A DNA stretch of 64,000 nt, from IMG/VR virus record IMGVR_UViG_3300037467_001798. The stretch is one strand, 5' to 3'. This DNA comes from a virus. The position numbers and the translations under genes are program-made. Below the pieces are notes generated by a model. The model saw only the letters and a list, made by a program, of their open reading frames with translations. It was not told the DNA's origin and searched no databases. This document shows, piece after piece, positions 58,301 to 64,000 of this stretch. Every line of letters begins with the position of its first letter. Positions within the stretch are counted from its first letter, which is position 1.

Positions 58301-61300
58301 AAGCTGCAGGCGATCCGCGAGCTGCTGAGCGAGGCTGACCTGGCCAGCGTGCAGCTGGTTGGCGGCGGCTCGGAAAGCCGCGGCGAGCGCACCGTGCAGG
58401 TCGATGGCGTGCGCCACCCGGACAGCAACTCCAAGGGCCAGGTGCTGCACCCGACGTTCCAGGGGCAGGTCAACTTCTGGCGCTGGTTCGCCGGCTCCAA
58501 GGTGGTGGACGACAAGGGGCGGCCGCTGGTGGTCTATCACGGCACCAATGCGGACTTCGCCGAGTTTCGTGCTGGCAAGGGGGGTGAAGGTCAGTATTTC
58601 ACCGACAGCGCGGACCTCGCCAGCTTTCACGGGGAGAGGGATGGCGGCAACGTCATGCCCGTGTACCTGAGCATCAAGAATCCGGCGAGGGTGACGGAAT
58701 ACGAGAGCCTGGGAGGCAACCAAAAGGCGGTCGATGCGCTCGCGGCCAAGGGCCACGATGGCGTGATCTACGCGCGTGACAATGGCACTCGGGTGTTCAT
58801 CACCTTCGCGCCCGAGCAGATCAAGAGCGCCACCGGCAACGACGGGCAGTTCGACGCCGGCAGCGGCAACATCCTGGAGGACCGCGGCGAGACGCCGCCC
58901 CAGCTGGAGACGCACGAGGTGTCGATGGCGCCGGCGCTGGCCACGGCACTGCGCCGCTGGGGCAAGGGCCGCATCGGCGAGCGCGAGCTGGCCGCAGCCA
59001 TCGCAGCCGACCTGGAGACGCGCCGCACCCGGCGCGAAGAACGCCAGGCGGCCGACCGCGTGCGCGGGCCCGACTGGGTGCGCGAGCGGCTGTTTCGCGC
59101 CCGTCGCACCAACGAGCTGAACCCCGGCATGGTGGACATGGCGCTGTGGCTGCTGGAGCAGGCGCCGCACCTGGCCAACGGCCTGGGCATCAGCGTGCGC
59201 CAGGGCAACGGCGAGCTGGGTGCCCAAGGCACCTACAACACCGCCGAGCGGGTGGTGACCCTGTTCGTCACCGGGGGCAACGCCGACACCGCGGTGCACG
59301 AAATCCTGCACCACACCGAGCGGATGATGCCCACCGAGGTGCAAGACGGCATCCGCCAGGAGTGGGTCAAGCAGCTGGAGCACGCGGTCAACCAGGTCAA
59401 GGCCAAGCTGCAGGCGCCGGCCAAGAAGCCGGCCGCGGCCCCTGCGGGCTGGGGCAGCGTCGACACCGGCAACGAGGGCGACGACGTGGCCGAGCAGCTG
59501 CGCGCGCTGGACGCCATGCTGATCGCAGGGCGCGCGGGCGACGCCGACCTGAGCATGGCCATCTGGAAGGGCGGCAAGAACATCGGCCCGCCGCTGAGCC
59601 GCCATCTGCCTTACCAGCTGTCCACCCCGTCGGAGTTCTGGGCGGTCAACGGCGCGCGCATCATCAGCGAGCGCGCCCAGGCCGCCGGCGGCAGCTGGGT
59701 CGACCGCGCGGTGCAGTGGCTGCGCGAGCTGGTGCAGCGCGCCGCGGGGCTGCTGCGGCTGCGCTCGGACGCGCCGGTGCTGCGCGGCCTGCGCGCGGTG
59801 ATCGAGGGCCAAGGCGAGCTGCGCAGGGGCGCCGCCATGCTGGCCGAGCGCCGCGGCGGCATCCACGCCGACATCGCCGGCGGGGGGGACATCGGCGGCA
59901 CCGGCGCGCCCACCGACGACCTGTTCGCGCCGCCCAGCTGGACGGCGCCGGAGAACACCCGCGTCGACCGCCTGATCTACGAGCTGCAGGACGGCCGCAT
60001 CGACCTGCGCCGCGTGCAGCAGGCCATCCGCCAGGCCGGCCAGCAGATCAACGAGCCGTTCGACGCCCGCCTGGCCGAGACGCTGTTTCCCGGCCGGGTG
60101 GCCCGGCGCACCGAGAGCTTCATCCGCCGCGAGGTCAAGCCGCTGCTGGAGGCGCTGGTGCGCGCCGGCGTCAGCCAGGACGAGCTGGGCGACTACCTGC
60201 TGGCGCGCCATGCGCCCGAGCGCAATGCCACCATCGCCCGCAGGAACCCGGACCTGCCCGACGGCGGCGCCGGCACCAACTCCAAGGGCGAGCTGATGAC
60301 CACCCAGGCGGCGCGCGACTACATCGCGGCGATCGCGCCCGAGCGGCGCGCCCAGCTCGATGAGCTGGCCCGCCTGGTGGACGGCATCACCGGCGGCACC
60401 CGCGCGCTGCTGGTGGCCGAGGGGCTGGAGACCCAGGCGACCATCGACGCCTGGCAGGCGCAGTGGACGGCCTACGCGCCGCTGTTCAAGGACGAGGGCG
60501 AGGCGGGCCTGCCGCACCCCACCGGGCGCGGCTTCAACGTGCGCGGCGGCTCCTCCAAGGCGGCCACCGGCTCGACCAAGGAGGTGCGCAACATCCTGGC
60601 CCACGTGCTGATGCAGCGGGAATCGGCCATCACCCGCGCCGAGAAGAACCGGGTGGGCCTGGCCATCTATGGCATGGCCCTGAGTCACCCGAACCCGCAG
60701 TTCTGGACCACCATCCGCCCCGGCATGAGCGGCGAGGCGATCGGCGCCGAGCTGGCCGCCATGGGGGTGGACCCGGACACCGCGGTGGCCGGCATGCAAC
60801 GCACGCCCACCATCCGCGGGCTCGATCCGATCACCGGCCTGGTCACCGACCGGCCCAACCCGCTCTACAAGAGCCTGCCCGGCGCGCTGGTGGTGCGCGT
60901 CAACGGCGCCGACCGGGTGCTGATGTTCAACCAGGACAACGAGCGGGCGATGCGCCTGGCGCAGAGCCTGAAGAACGAGGACACGCTGACGCGGATGGAC
61001 ATCGGCGCCTCGGCCATCGGCAAGGCCACGCGCTGGCTGGCGGCGGTCAACACCCAGTACAACCCGGCGTTCGGGCTGGCCAACGTCACGCGCGACACCT
61101 GGGGCGGGCTGGTGAACCTGGGGTCCACGCCGCTGCGCGGCATGGGGCTGAAGGTGCTGGCCAACGTGCCGCGCGCGATGCAGGGCATCACCCGCGCGCT
61201 GGCCACCGACGAGAGGAGCCAGCACGAGTGGTCGCGGCTGTGGCAGCAGTTCCAGGACGACGGCGGGCGCACCGGCTGGCGCGAGATGTGGGCGCGCGCG

Positions 61301-62731
61301 GACGATCGCGCCGCGGCCATCGAGCACGAGCTGAAGAAGCTGGAGCGCATCGGCGGCAAGCTGGCCCCGGCCACCGTCGGCGCCAAGGTGCTGGCGCTGC
61401 TGGACCACTTCAACCTGGTGCTGGAGAACGCGGTGCGGCTGGCCGCCTACAAGGAGGCGCTGGACGAGGGGCTGAGCCGGCCGGCGGCGGCCAAGCTCGG
61501 GCGCGAGCTGACGGTGGACTTCAACCGCAAGGGCCGCAGCACGCGCGAGCTGTCGCCCCTGTACGCCTTCTTCAACGCCTCGGTGCAGGGCACCGCGCGC
61601 ATCATCGAGACCATCAAGGGCCCGACCGGCAAATCGGTGGTCGCCGGCGGCCTGGCGCTGGGCGTGCTGCAGGCGCTGATGCTGCTGGCGGCCGACTACG
61701 ACGAGGACGACATCCCCGACTTCATCAAGGCCCGCTCGCTCATCATCCCGCTGCCCAAGAAGCAGGACGGCAAAAAGCGCTTCATCTCGGTGCCCTACCC
61801 ACTGGGGCTGCACATCCTGCCCAACACGGGCCGGGTGCTCACCGAGCTGAGCCTGTCCGGGGGCAAGAACCTGGGCAAGAAGGTGGCCAGCGGGCTGGAT
61901 GAAATCGTCTCGGCGTTCAACCCGCTGGGCGGCGGCAGCATCTTCACGCTGCACGGGGCGCTGACCACCGTGCTGCCGACGGTGGCCGACCCGGTGGCCG
62001 ACCTGGCCACCAATACCAACTTCGCCGGCACGCCCATCGAGCGCGAGGGGTTCGGTGGCGAGCGCGACAACCGCCCTGGCTTCCAGCGCGCGCGCGAGCA
62101 GACCCAGCGCACCCTGACGGGCCAGTCGTACATCGAAATCAGCCGCATCCTCAACCGCTGGACGGGGGGCACGAACTACGAGGCCGGGGCGGTCAGCCCG
62201 ACGCCAGAGAAGATCCGCTATCTGACCGAGGTGGTGGGCGGCGGGGTGGTGCGCGAGCTGGAAAAGGCGATCGACACCGGCCACGCCATGGCCACCGGCG
62301 AGCCGGTCAAGCCGCAGGGCATTCCGGTGTTCGGGCGCTTCTACGGCGAGGTGGAGGCCGATCGGGTGGAGCGCTCGCGCTACGGGGCCAACGCGCGTGC
62401 GATCGACCAGGCGCAGGCGGCGTTCGCGGCGGCCAGGAAGGCCGGCGATGCCGACGAGGCGGCGCGCATCGCGGCGCGGCCGGAGTTTGCGGCTGGCCGG
62501 GCCCAGGACCAGGTGCAGCGCCGCCTGCAGGAGCTGAACCGGCTGGCGGTGCGCACGGTGGACGATCCGCAGACCATGAAGGAGATTGACCAGGCGCGCG
62601 CCGAGGCGATGCGGGTGCTCAACGAGGCGCTGACCGAGCTGGAGCGGGCCCAGCGCGGCCCGACGCCAGGCGAGCGCCTGAAGCAGGGCGCGCGCAAGGT
62701 CATCGGGGTGCCCGAGCCGGCGGCACCGTGA
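46343..62731 (+). CDS. giant polyvalent protein (5462 aa), probable ejected DarB-like protein
   Basis: Single ORF with consistent GC3 bias and AAGGA RBS; pyrophosphatase-like, C5-MTase (PPC, ENPV), N6-MTase (EPSAGNG, NPPF), three HExxH-type motifs, LPD23-like, ART (YHGT..YFTDS) and LPD38-like (DFNRKG..LYAFFNASVQG) segments. Confidence 0.92.
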   Translation: MAGNDWGMNDARADAQGNDWGADDAPAARRELPEGVRPSEAGAGRGSAMDPRQLGVPDAAERVPQKIVPGAPPPLDFKPVPSNGGFDPTFVVNREPYGSVLEDQGGGDVSNVVASRRAGAQEDLTPRPRIEPRTRTADTTMADKGGMLRDAPMPVRAAAQAAAGAAEGAWGTVRAGADIADSLGVPGAAAAARFAGSAAQGAKQYQEGMGDPLPSTDFGPDSPVPYLRKQAEGAASSLGTSAAFAVGLGAKAVIPLMSIQSAGQQYQAAREAGLEPGAALANAIPYGTFEAIGEKFQGLDKAAAALRTLMTRGVSAREVKTAGDILMHAGIREVPGEVLTYLGQTGVDLLPGIGLNPNLTVEQFIDGLRDTVVQSSMMGLATGGGGAIAAARARTPRERSAEDIARAKGFLVRQEQIDRMGKAGEKELAGQMQRQLDGERAEGEIALMADKPWGRSPEFAQRYRELRAGGVKPAEAAARASMHASWGELAGGVGLDEDAWRKAADAAAKLPLDKVPGFFEAFTAQMVKRGRAQTLPEGTIAGAVAGVRDDATHTALADVYGEQAPTATMTAIQELERRADGAAPAASGSETAVPEPQAALPATNEPQGETAADFGADDLTRNAHGMHAGASSPNNDKSATREQILAGNAPLGHMRIGGMGASIENAPGSERIDLHNEPPNWRTPMAHGYGYGYFKRTEAADSTQAKRQGIDAFIREDIPENYDGPVHVIDQVGKGGRFDEHKAIVAPISDAQARQVYLAHYEPGWQGLGAMRTFDTFSEFKKWAQDGRKSDPANPDAFVRNPFGEHWSLKPAAQADARAAGDGQAARPDAAAGSPGALAGAQPVAVTPLRVGITPNDAQPVSIRAGVIHVGEEPAYDYDSGEPVRIEGGASDAQLKQALRQAGALGRRQRFFGGARQEQPAQHDEPAPDALVKADDGQPFKSKAQAQKARKGHPDKRVVRIEGGWALADKTAAQLEAEAAAARRLTGNTGEAGSPISAHAFIAAAGGLQRSAMADAGFDRNLQVGSRWLFAGQGKGLTIEQATERLVEAGYLPEGAGHNQAFDLLRKSATQTPQYTPEGWERIAQAEGQARFDEHLQALAEQEAQGADPFAPLDQDLLDEVGFDDLDPEEQRDFAALVAAAEAEGIDTEAILEEAAKLTQNGDLHAYHAEVTRLLALQRAARAGDGRGQPAAAPGGGQGRPGAVQPGEQGRQPVPGQAGDEAAAGQAGDQQGAVERARITRDTPAPQGTTIVDGQGRQYRVHVNRGHGTLVTHPIVDGKPQVSADTAVRFWVGGDDMQPAGENDRTDPVYRADRELITPSQDESIGKNDAGEPLYRRKDGSVYRMHAGKPDFGGDLAAVGGDLLGEAPNASQQEAARLKAEKDDKARRARDAAPEADGFMLTGSDRAADVGAAAGQSDIFGQDDKPDPRQPAPADWRERAAKKAAADPVAAARKELNDIGRRLDRGKGSNPGTKVSKAEEARLRARMDELKRIIVEADAAEDRAATADTVVNGQPRTTDNPRECLLLMACGAEKNIPHGGAAAGDAYTGPLWQTFRKHAPAGVMAQPDLAILSAKYGFVGRGQNIDPYDEKMTAEKAAKMAATPQVDRLASPSKTVYRDVQLVGGAEYRQVMRAYVAAAINQGLIAPDASIRETTGVNDNGKGIGVHREQLAQYLDGFAAEGASKPAGGEQQELLAPGMPEAAHPEPGHEPLPMPQEAFGKALENVEPFLRGVGATTVVTEKRATETITPEEAAARLQEWKAEARRQGQTGANASKMVLSLFDASGVWSQPWVDAGYDVRTFDIQTGEDINDFSSEYLLDQLDLHDVHVILAAPPCTDFSSSGAHAWKKKDADGRTKASIRLVQQTLATIELMKPTAWALENPVGRIAKLNGLPPPSLTFQPHNFGDPYTKRTLLWGNMETELPLANVEPTQGSKIANLPGADKYGRSLTPEGFAYAFFMANNAQALGVRGVLAREFANVADDVRAAYDAGKAAGMQDHEIEGELRDAVGDAYYGGAFEDAAEGARELAAEWGKKAKPAAAPASSLAERWDAMTPAQRSDLLKATQAKPETIERTSAKSWGELSDSWHRSLTRVLGDKPAAAPKAQTAAAAPAAAPAPTAPPKPKHKAPALRAAGQKLVEQGQAEEGRDRLANTHKRAAQAASASAAARAQVAMGKTMQNLADAIEAGQADKLVGVTSKAQVEALDRAILSAMNERDRAENKSYAQTEKEKGRAPDAKDVQYAKLPHPSWNVGGATPQRLEEAIKGKKGVKEVQKLLRIPPSAELLSALKKMGVSQKDIDYALGWWNQEAIARLGRFARMGITTDAELRTALNQYIEHRDGPKAEDPVKALERRLIGQKVGIDFFPTPASVAQQMVQLAGVKPGMRVLEPSAGNGNIADAAKAAGARVEAVEISDSLRELLEAKGHRLVGRDFMELEAPHQYDAILMNPPFSNRMDAEHIQRAWTMLKPGGTLVAIAGEGVFFGSDKKAQTFREWLDENGAEVDKLPAGTFKDTQLLATTGTNARLILLAKPGGDEDSPRLARGIWKSELASAIEGSTMKAAPAQGWQEYLRGLPKKGIKPDEIGWSGITDWLALQDPRAKVSKDDVLAFLADHGVQVGEVRLGGQVPDEPDLHITDRQQIEQGEYHDPVFDEDTGEVIEPGQDYTYLTELTVEDRESGDQFIVTIDEEAGNVTVQGPGGQFIDVAAPMNQQDEQDALDAIRQHLIDQQKAEAGGNDVHGPTEFHDWKAIKEGGENYRELLLTLPRTPGKTLVGREAVFAKWKPQIEEARKAMDATMGGSMQERTDAIAAYDKLVDQRNEEAARTAGEVPDFTDHHWGDTANVLAHVRFDERTDADGKKVLFVHEIQSDWAQKGRSKGFDVPTGIKPVSEEELRAFTDQLAQDYADKLRADGVDGAEAERRAARAQYPQMAEALGRAQQLQDMQAGREQALSGKKKAIPPGPFVMSTDAWVALALKRIVRYAADGGFDKVAFVTGEQNAANFGLEHQVDSIATTFYRDADRKIVREVRIHPNRGSSIDLGVNEDGVVFSAPSSLAQAKDQPLSEVIGKELADKIMAHGPSAPGARPTALPEGYTISMDRHSDRDRPFTVIPPGQMHGQPFAGRHATEQEAIEAAIDRIVGLSNDKPLVLSGDGLRVGGDGMRAFYDKIVPAAANKLLAKIGGGKLTTVTLPEGLDNWEVFKGARALSGMSENQWNNTPAREVEVWRQKFLASRVMGQPGFDITPRMKELAAEGMPLFRRPEGERAPMTRGEVDAARDKLREMRRQAAGAAREDVERIVNELRADWASGPRIRVVASTQDIPTAVPADTRGMLHEGTVWIVANAHKKGQGLRQAVGITLAHEAVAHYGLRRLLGRKDWQQLMANIQLAIASGNKPLRAIQDYVRQAYRNADGSFTLSKDIEADEIAARAIEQAVDRAGNFRPGLSFLKAVWAKVAQALRKIGIKVPFTNAELQGMLVAAARGLKLGQRHAGTDSAVIRGTRFMYGGVEAERGPQGGAIDYSQQRAYRSLREALDREQAGYSPEEIRESTGWFKGPHDGKWRFEINDRDARLVGWDAMPESKLFGQAHKVKLGELLDHPQLFAAYPALRDVEVVKRAGFLDFGGLQGWFDGKNDMGITPYAKEPLSTLLHEVQHWIQAREGFATGGNENMAFAAMTPEQKARAGERVLQALDKRRAALAKERLEAVTALEYSQTEGGKLYRKAQQMWSEHTQATRGMAPDHPERRAAFDKLGEMEAEAVRLLGFKDRWAMSWEQTMALSAAGRNTPEELRERVARKDGELVANEQRRAAVQSGDEAAIEKAIGESGEGYNLYKAIAGEIEARDIQARQPLSDDERRATAPFSSEQFDPKDVIVTYGRGEQGSQEPAIRKALEAAIAAKRRFDAADRKAAAGDVKDPDGYFALAGKASEAEKAAAAAIAATPDDGFALAAKTRDGRMLALTRSAQRPGKWQLTRFDRQGEPWGDTQYDGKLQAIRELLSEADLASVQLVGGGSESRGERTVQVDGVRHPDSNSKGQVLHPTFQGQVNFWRWFAGSKVVDDKGRPLVVYHGTNADFAEFRAGKGGEGQYFTDSADLASFHGERDGGNVMPVYLSIKNPARVTEYESLGGNQKAVDALAAKGHDGVIYARDNGTRVFITFAPEQIKSATGNDGQFDAGSGNILEDRGETPPQLETHEVSMAPALATALRRWGKGRIGERELAAAIAADLETRRTRREERQAADRVRGPDWVRERLFRARRTNELNPGMVDMALWLLEQAPHLANGLGISVRQGNGELGAQGTYNTAERVVTLFVTGGNADTAVHEILHHTERMMPTEVQDGIRQEWVKQLEHAVNQVKAKLQAPAKKPAAAPAGWGSVDTGNEGDDVAEQLRALDAMLIAGRAGDADLSMAIWKGGKNIGPPLSRHLPYQLSTPSEFWAVNGARIISERAQAAGGSWVDRAVQWLRELVQRAAGLLRLRSDAPVLRGLRAVIEGQGELRRGAAMLAERRGGIHADIAGGGDIGGTGAPTDDLFAPPSWTAPENTRVDRLIYELQDGRIDLRRVQQAIRQAGQQINEPFDARLAETLFPGRVARRTESFIRREVKPLLEALVRAGVSQDELGDYLLARHAPERNATIARRNPDLPDGGAGTNSKGELMTTQAARDYIAAIAPERRAQLDELARLVDGITGGTRALLVAEGLETQATIDAWQAQWTAYAPLFKDEGEAGLPHPTGRGFNVRGGSSKAATGSTKEVRNILAHVLMQRESAITRAEKNRVGLAIYGMALSHPNPQFWTTIRPGMSGEAIGAELAAMGVDPDTAVAGMQRTPTIRGLDPITGLVTDRPNPLYKSLPGALVVRVNGADRVLMFNQDNERAMRLAQSLKNEDTLTRMDIGASAIGKATRWLAAVNTQYNPAFGLANVTRDTWGGLVNLGSTPLRGMGLKVLANVPRAMQGITRALATDERSQHEWSRLWQQFQDDGGRTGWREMWARADDRAAAIEHELKKLERIGGKLAPATVGAKVLALLDHFNLVLENAVRLAAYKEALDEGLSRPAAAKLGRELTVDFNRKGRSTRELSPLYAFFNASVQGTARIIETIKGPTGKSVVAGGLALGVLQALMLLAADYDEDDIPDFIKARSLIIPLPKKQDGKKRFISVPYPLGLHILPNTGRVLTELSLSGGKNLGKKVASGLDEIVSAFNPLGGGSIFTLHGALTTVLPTVADPVADLATNTNFAGTPIEREGFGGERDNRPGFQRAREQTQRTLTGQSYIEISRILNRWTGGTNYEAGAVSPTPEKIRYLTEVVGGGVVRELEKAIDTGHAMATGEPVKPQGIPVFGRFYGEVEADRVERSRYGANARAIDQAQAAFAAARKAGDADEAARIAARPEFAAGRAQDQVQRRLQELNRLAVRTVDDPQTMKEIDQARAEAMRVLNEALTELERAQRGPTPGERLKQGARKVIGVPEPAAP

Positions 62732-62990
62732 AGTCGTCGTAGGGGCTGCCAGCGACGACTGTGTGGGCGGTGGGGTCGAACCCCATCGCCTGCAGCAGCA
62801 GCGGGTGGTGCCAGGGCTTGCCCACCAGCGCGCGCGCCTCAACGCCCATCGAACGCCGCTGGGGCGCCCAGCCGCTCGGGTGCTTTTCCTGCCAGGTCAG
62901 GGTGAAGTCCTCGCCATGCGTGGCGATCAGGTGGTAGGGCAGGTTGTCCTCGCAGACCAGCCGCACATCGGCGATCACGCGGGTACTCAA
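62700..62990 (-). CDS. hypothetical protein
   Basis: TTG start overlapping the upstream stop; 3' end overlaps the giant gene convergently by 32 nt. Confidence 0.5.
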   Translation of the reverse strand: MSTRVIADVRLVCEDNLPYHLIATHGEDFTLTWQEKHPSGWAPQRRSMGVEARALVGKPWHHPLLLQAMGFDPTAHTVVAGSPYDDFTVPPARAPR

Positions 62991-63442
62991 GCGTGCACCT
63001 TGAGCAGGAGGGGCCGGGCCTTGGCCGGCGGCGGGGTGGTCTGGGCAATCTTCCAGCGCCCGCCGGCGTCCGGGTCCGGCCACAGCCACACCAGCTCGTA
63101 GCCGGCGGGCACCTGCTGCGCGGGCTGCTGCGGGGATGCGGCAACAAGAGCGGCGCGAAACTGCTGCCATGCCTCCACTGAAAAGGTGATCGACTCACCA
63201 TCGCGGACGGTGGCGCCGGCCGCCAACGCAACCGTTTCCAGGGGGATGGCCGCGTGCAGGTCGGTCTGCTGCGCTGGCTGCTGTGCCTGTGAGGCTGCTT
63301 GCAGGGTGCGGGCAACTTCGACGGCTGCGTGCGGGTAGAGCGCAGCGGCGATGTTCTCGGCAGAGTGCCCCTGCTCGCGCAGGGTGTCGACGAAAGCCTC
63401 GACATAGCGGCGCGTCTGCTCAATAGGCTTGAAGTCAGCCAT
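62987..63442 (-). CDS. phage accessory hypothetical protein
   Basis: Start MADFKPIEQ; QQPAQQVPAGYELV motif typical of phage early accessory proteins. Confidence 0.6.
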   Translation of the reverse strand: MADFKPIEQTRRYVEAFVDTLREQGHSAENIAAALYPHAAVEVARTLQAASQAQQPAQQTDLHAAIPLETVALAAGATVRDGESITFSVEAWQQFRAALVAASPQQPAQQVPAGYELVWLWPDPDAGGRWKIAQTTPPPAKARPLLLKVHA

Positions 63443-64000
63443 TGCCGTTCTCCTTCCGCACTTCCACCGCCTGCGGCTGTCCTGCTGGCGCTGCTGCGCT
63501 GGGGGCGGCGAGAAGCATGGCGTCCCAGCAGCATTCAGCGTCGATTTCACGGCAGCCGAGCGGCAAGGCTCGCTGCCCGGCCTTATCCATCTCCACCGTG
63601 GACTTGATCGGCACCAGCTTGTATCCGTCCGGCACCACGGGTGCGGGCGCTGCCTCGCTGCTGGTGGCTGGCTGTCCTACTGAGCCCTGCACCTCAAGCG
63701 TCCCATCCGCGAGGCCACGCCGCACCGCTTCCTGCAACTCGGGGAACTCACTGAGCGGCCGTCCTTCCCATTGGCCGTTTCGGAACACGGGCGCTGCTGG
63801 CTGTCCTGCGGGAGCTGCGATGGGGGTGAACGGGCCGCTCGCAAGATCGTCCAGAAGCTGCAACAGGTGCGGGCCGGCAAGCGGAGCCTCGCCGTTGTAG
63901 ATGCCAGCCTTCTGCGCCGCCGCAGCGATGGCCGAGGCGAGCAACTCCAGCTTGCGCCGGTCCTCCCCGATGGGGGCATCAGCCCTGGCTGGGGTGGCGA
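63435..64000 (-). CDS. phage accessory hypothetical protein (partial, starts beyond right edge)
   Basis: Frame open to the window end; VVPDGYKLVPI..T.EM...W.AMLLAAP motif. Confidence 0.65.
   Translation of the reverse strand, partial: ATPARADAPIGEDRRKLELLASAIAAAAQKAGIYNGEAPLAGPHLLQLLDDLASGPFTPIAAPAGQPAAPVFRNGQWEGRPLSEFPELQEAVRRGLADGTLEVQGSVGQPATSSEAAPAPVVPDGYKLVPIKSTVEMDKAGQRALPLGCREIDAECCWDAMLLAAPSAAAPAGQPQAVEVRKENGNG

Larger units (their letters stand above)
1..64000. mobile_element. dsDNA tailed phage / prophage (P22/BPP-1-like podophage organisation), window lies entirely within it
   Basis: Terminase, portal, scaffold, capsid, tail, lysis, RecT/YqaJ and RusA genes in phage order; genes tightly overlapped (ATGA/GTGA); no host genes at either edge. 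Confidence 0.96.

Noticed and set aside
46343-62731. Calling the giant gene darB
   Set aside because: Functional analogy only; no SNF2 helicase motifs noticed, so orthology is unsupported
48107-62842. 4911-aa ORF on the minus strand
   Set aside because: Antisense shadow of the giant gene; high-GC codon bias suppresses stops in this frame; no recognisable motifs

Overview
The whole 64 kb window is phage DNA: a GC-rich, probably near-complete genome of a P22/BPP-1-style short-tailed (podo-like) dsDNA phage. No host housekeeping genes, rRNA, tRNA, CRISPR or IS elements were recognised. A Burkholderiales-like host is inferred from GC content and gene families only. Layout: (1) 1-9374, leftward early operon (two J-domain proteins, YqaJ exonuclease, RecT, DUF932-like protein, many small ORFs). 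(2) 9375-9530, divergent promoter region with a single small HTH gene and no cI. (3) 9531-17317, rightward replication/nin region (DUF1376-like initiator, RusA, NinB-like, Q-like). (4) 17318-18043, late promoter, ~640 nt hairpin-rich leader and terminator. (5) 18044-21008, lysis region (holin, GH19 endolysin, Rz with embedded Rz1). (6) 21381-30658, terminase, portal, scaffold, major capsid and adaptors. (7) 30675-43278, receptor-binding and tail module: a 1842-aa mosaic fibre, an S74-chaperoned fibre, a glycine-rich adhesin, a nozzle-like protein and a CBM + GH8 glycoside hydrolase. (8) 43275-62731, GNAT, two ejection-protein candidates and a 5462-aa polyvalent protein with pyrophosphatase-like, C5-cytosine MTase, N6-adenine MTase, metallopeptidase and ADP-ribosyltransferase modules. 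(9) 62700-64000, minus-strand accessory genes converging on the giant gene. No integrase was seen. All family assignments come from reading motifs by eye; no database search was run. Many start codons were re-called from overlap and RBS patterns.
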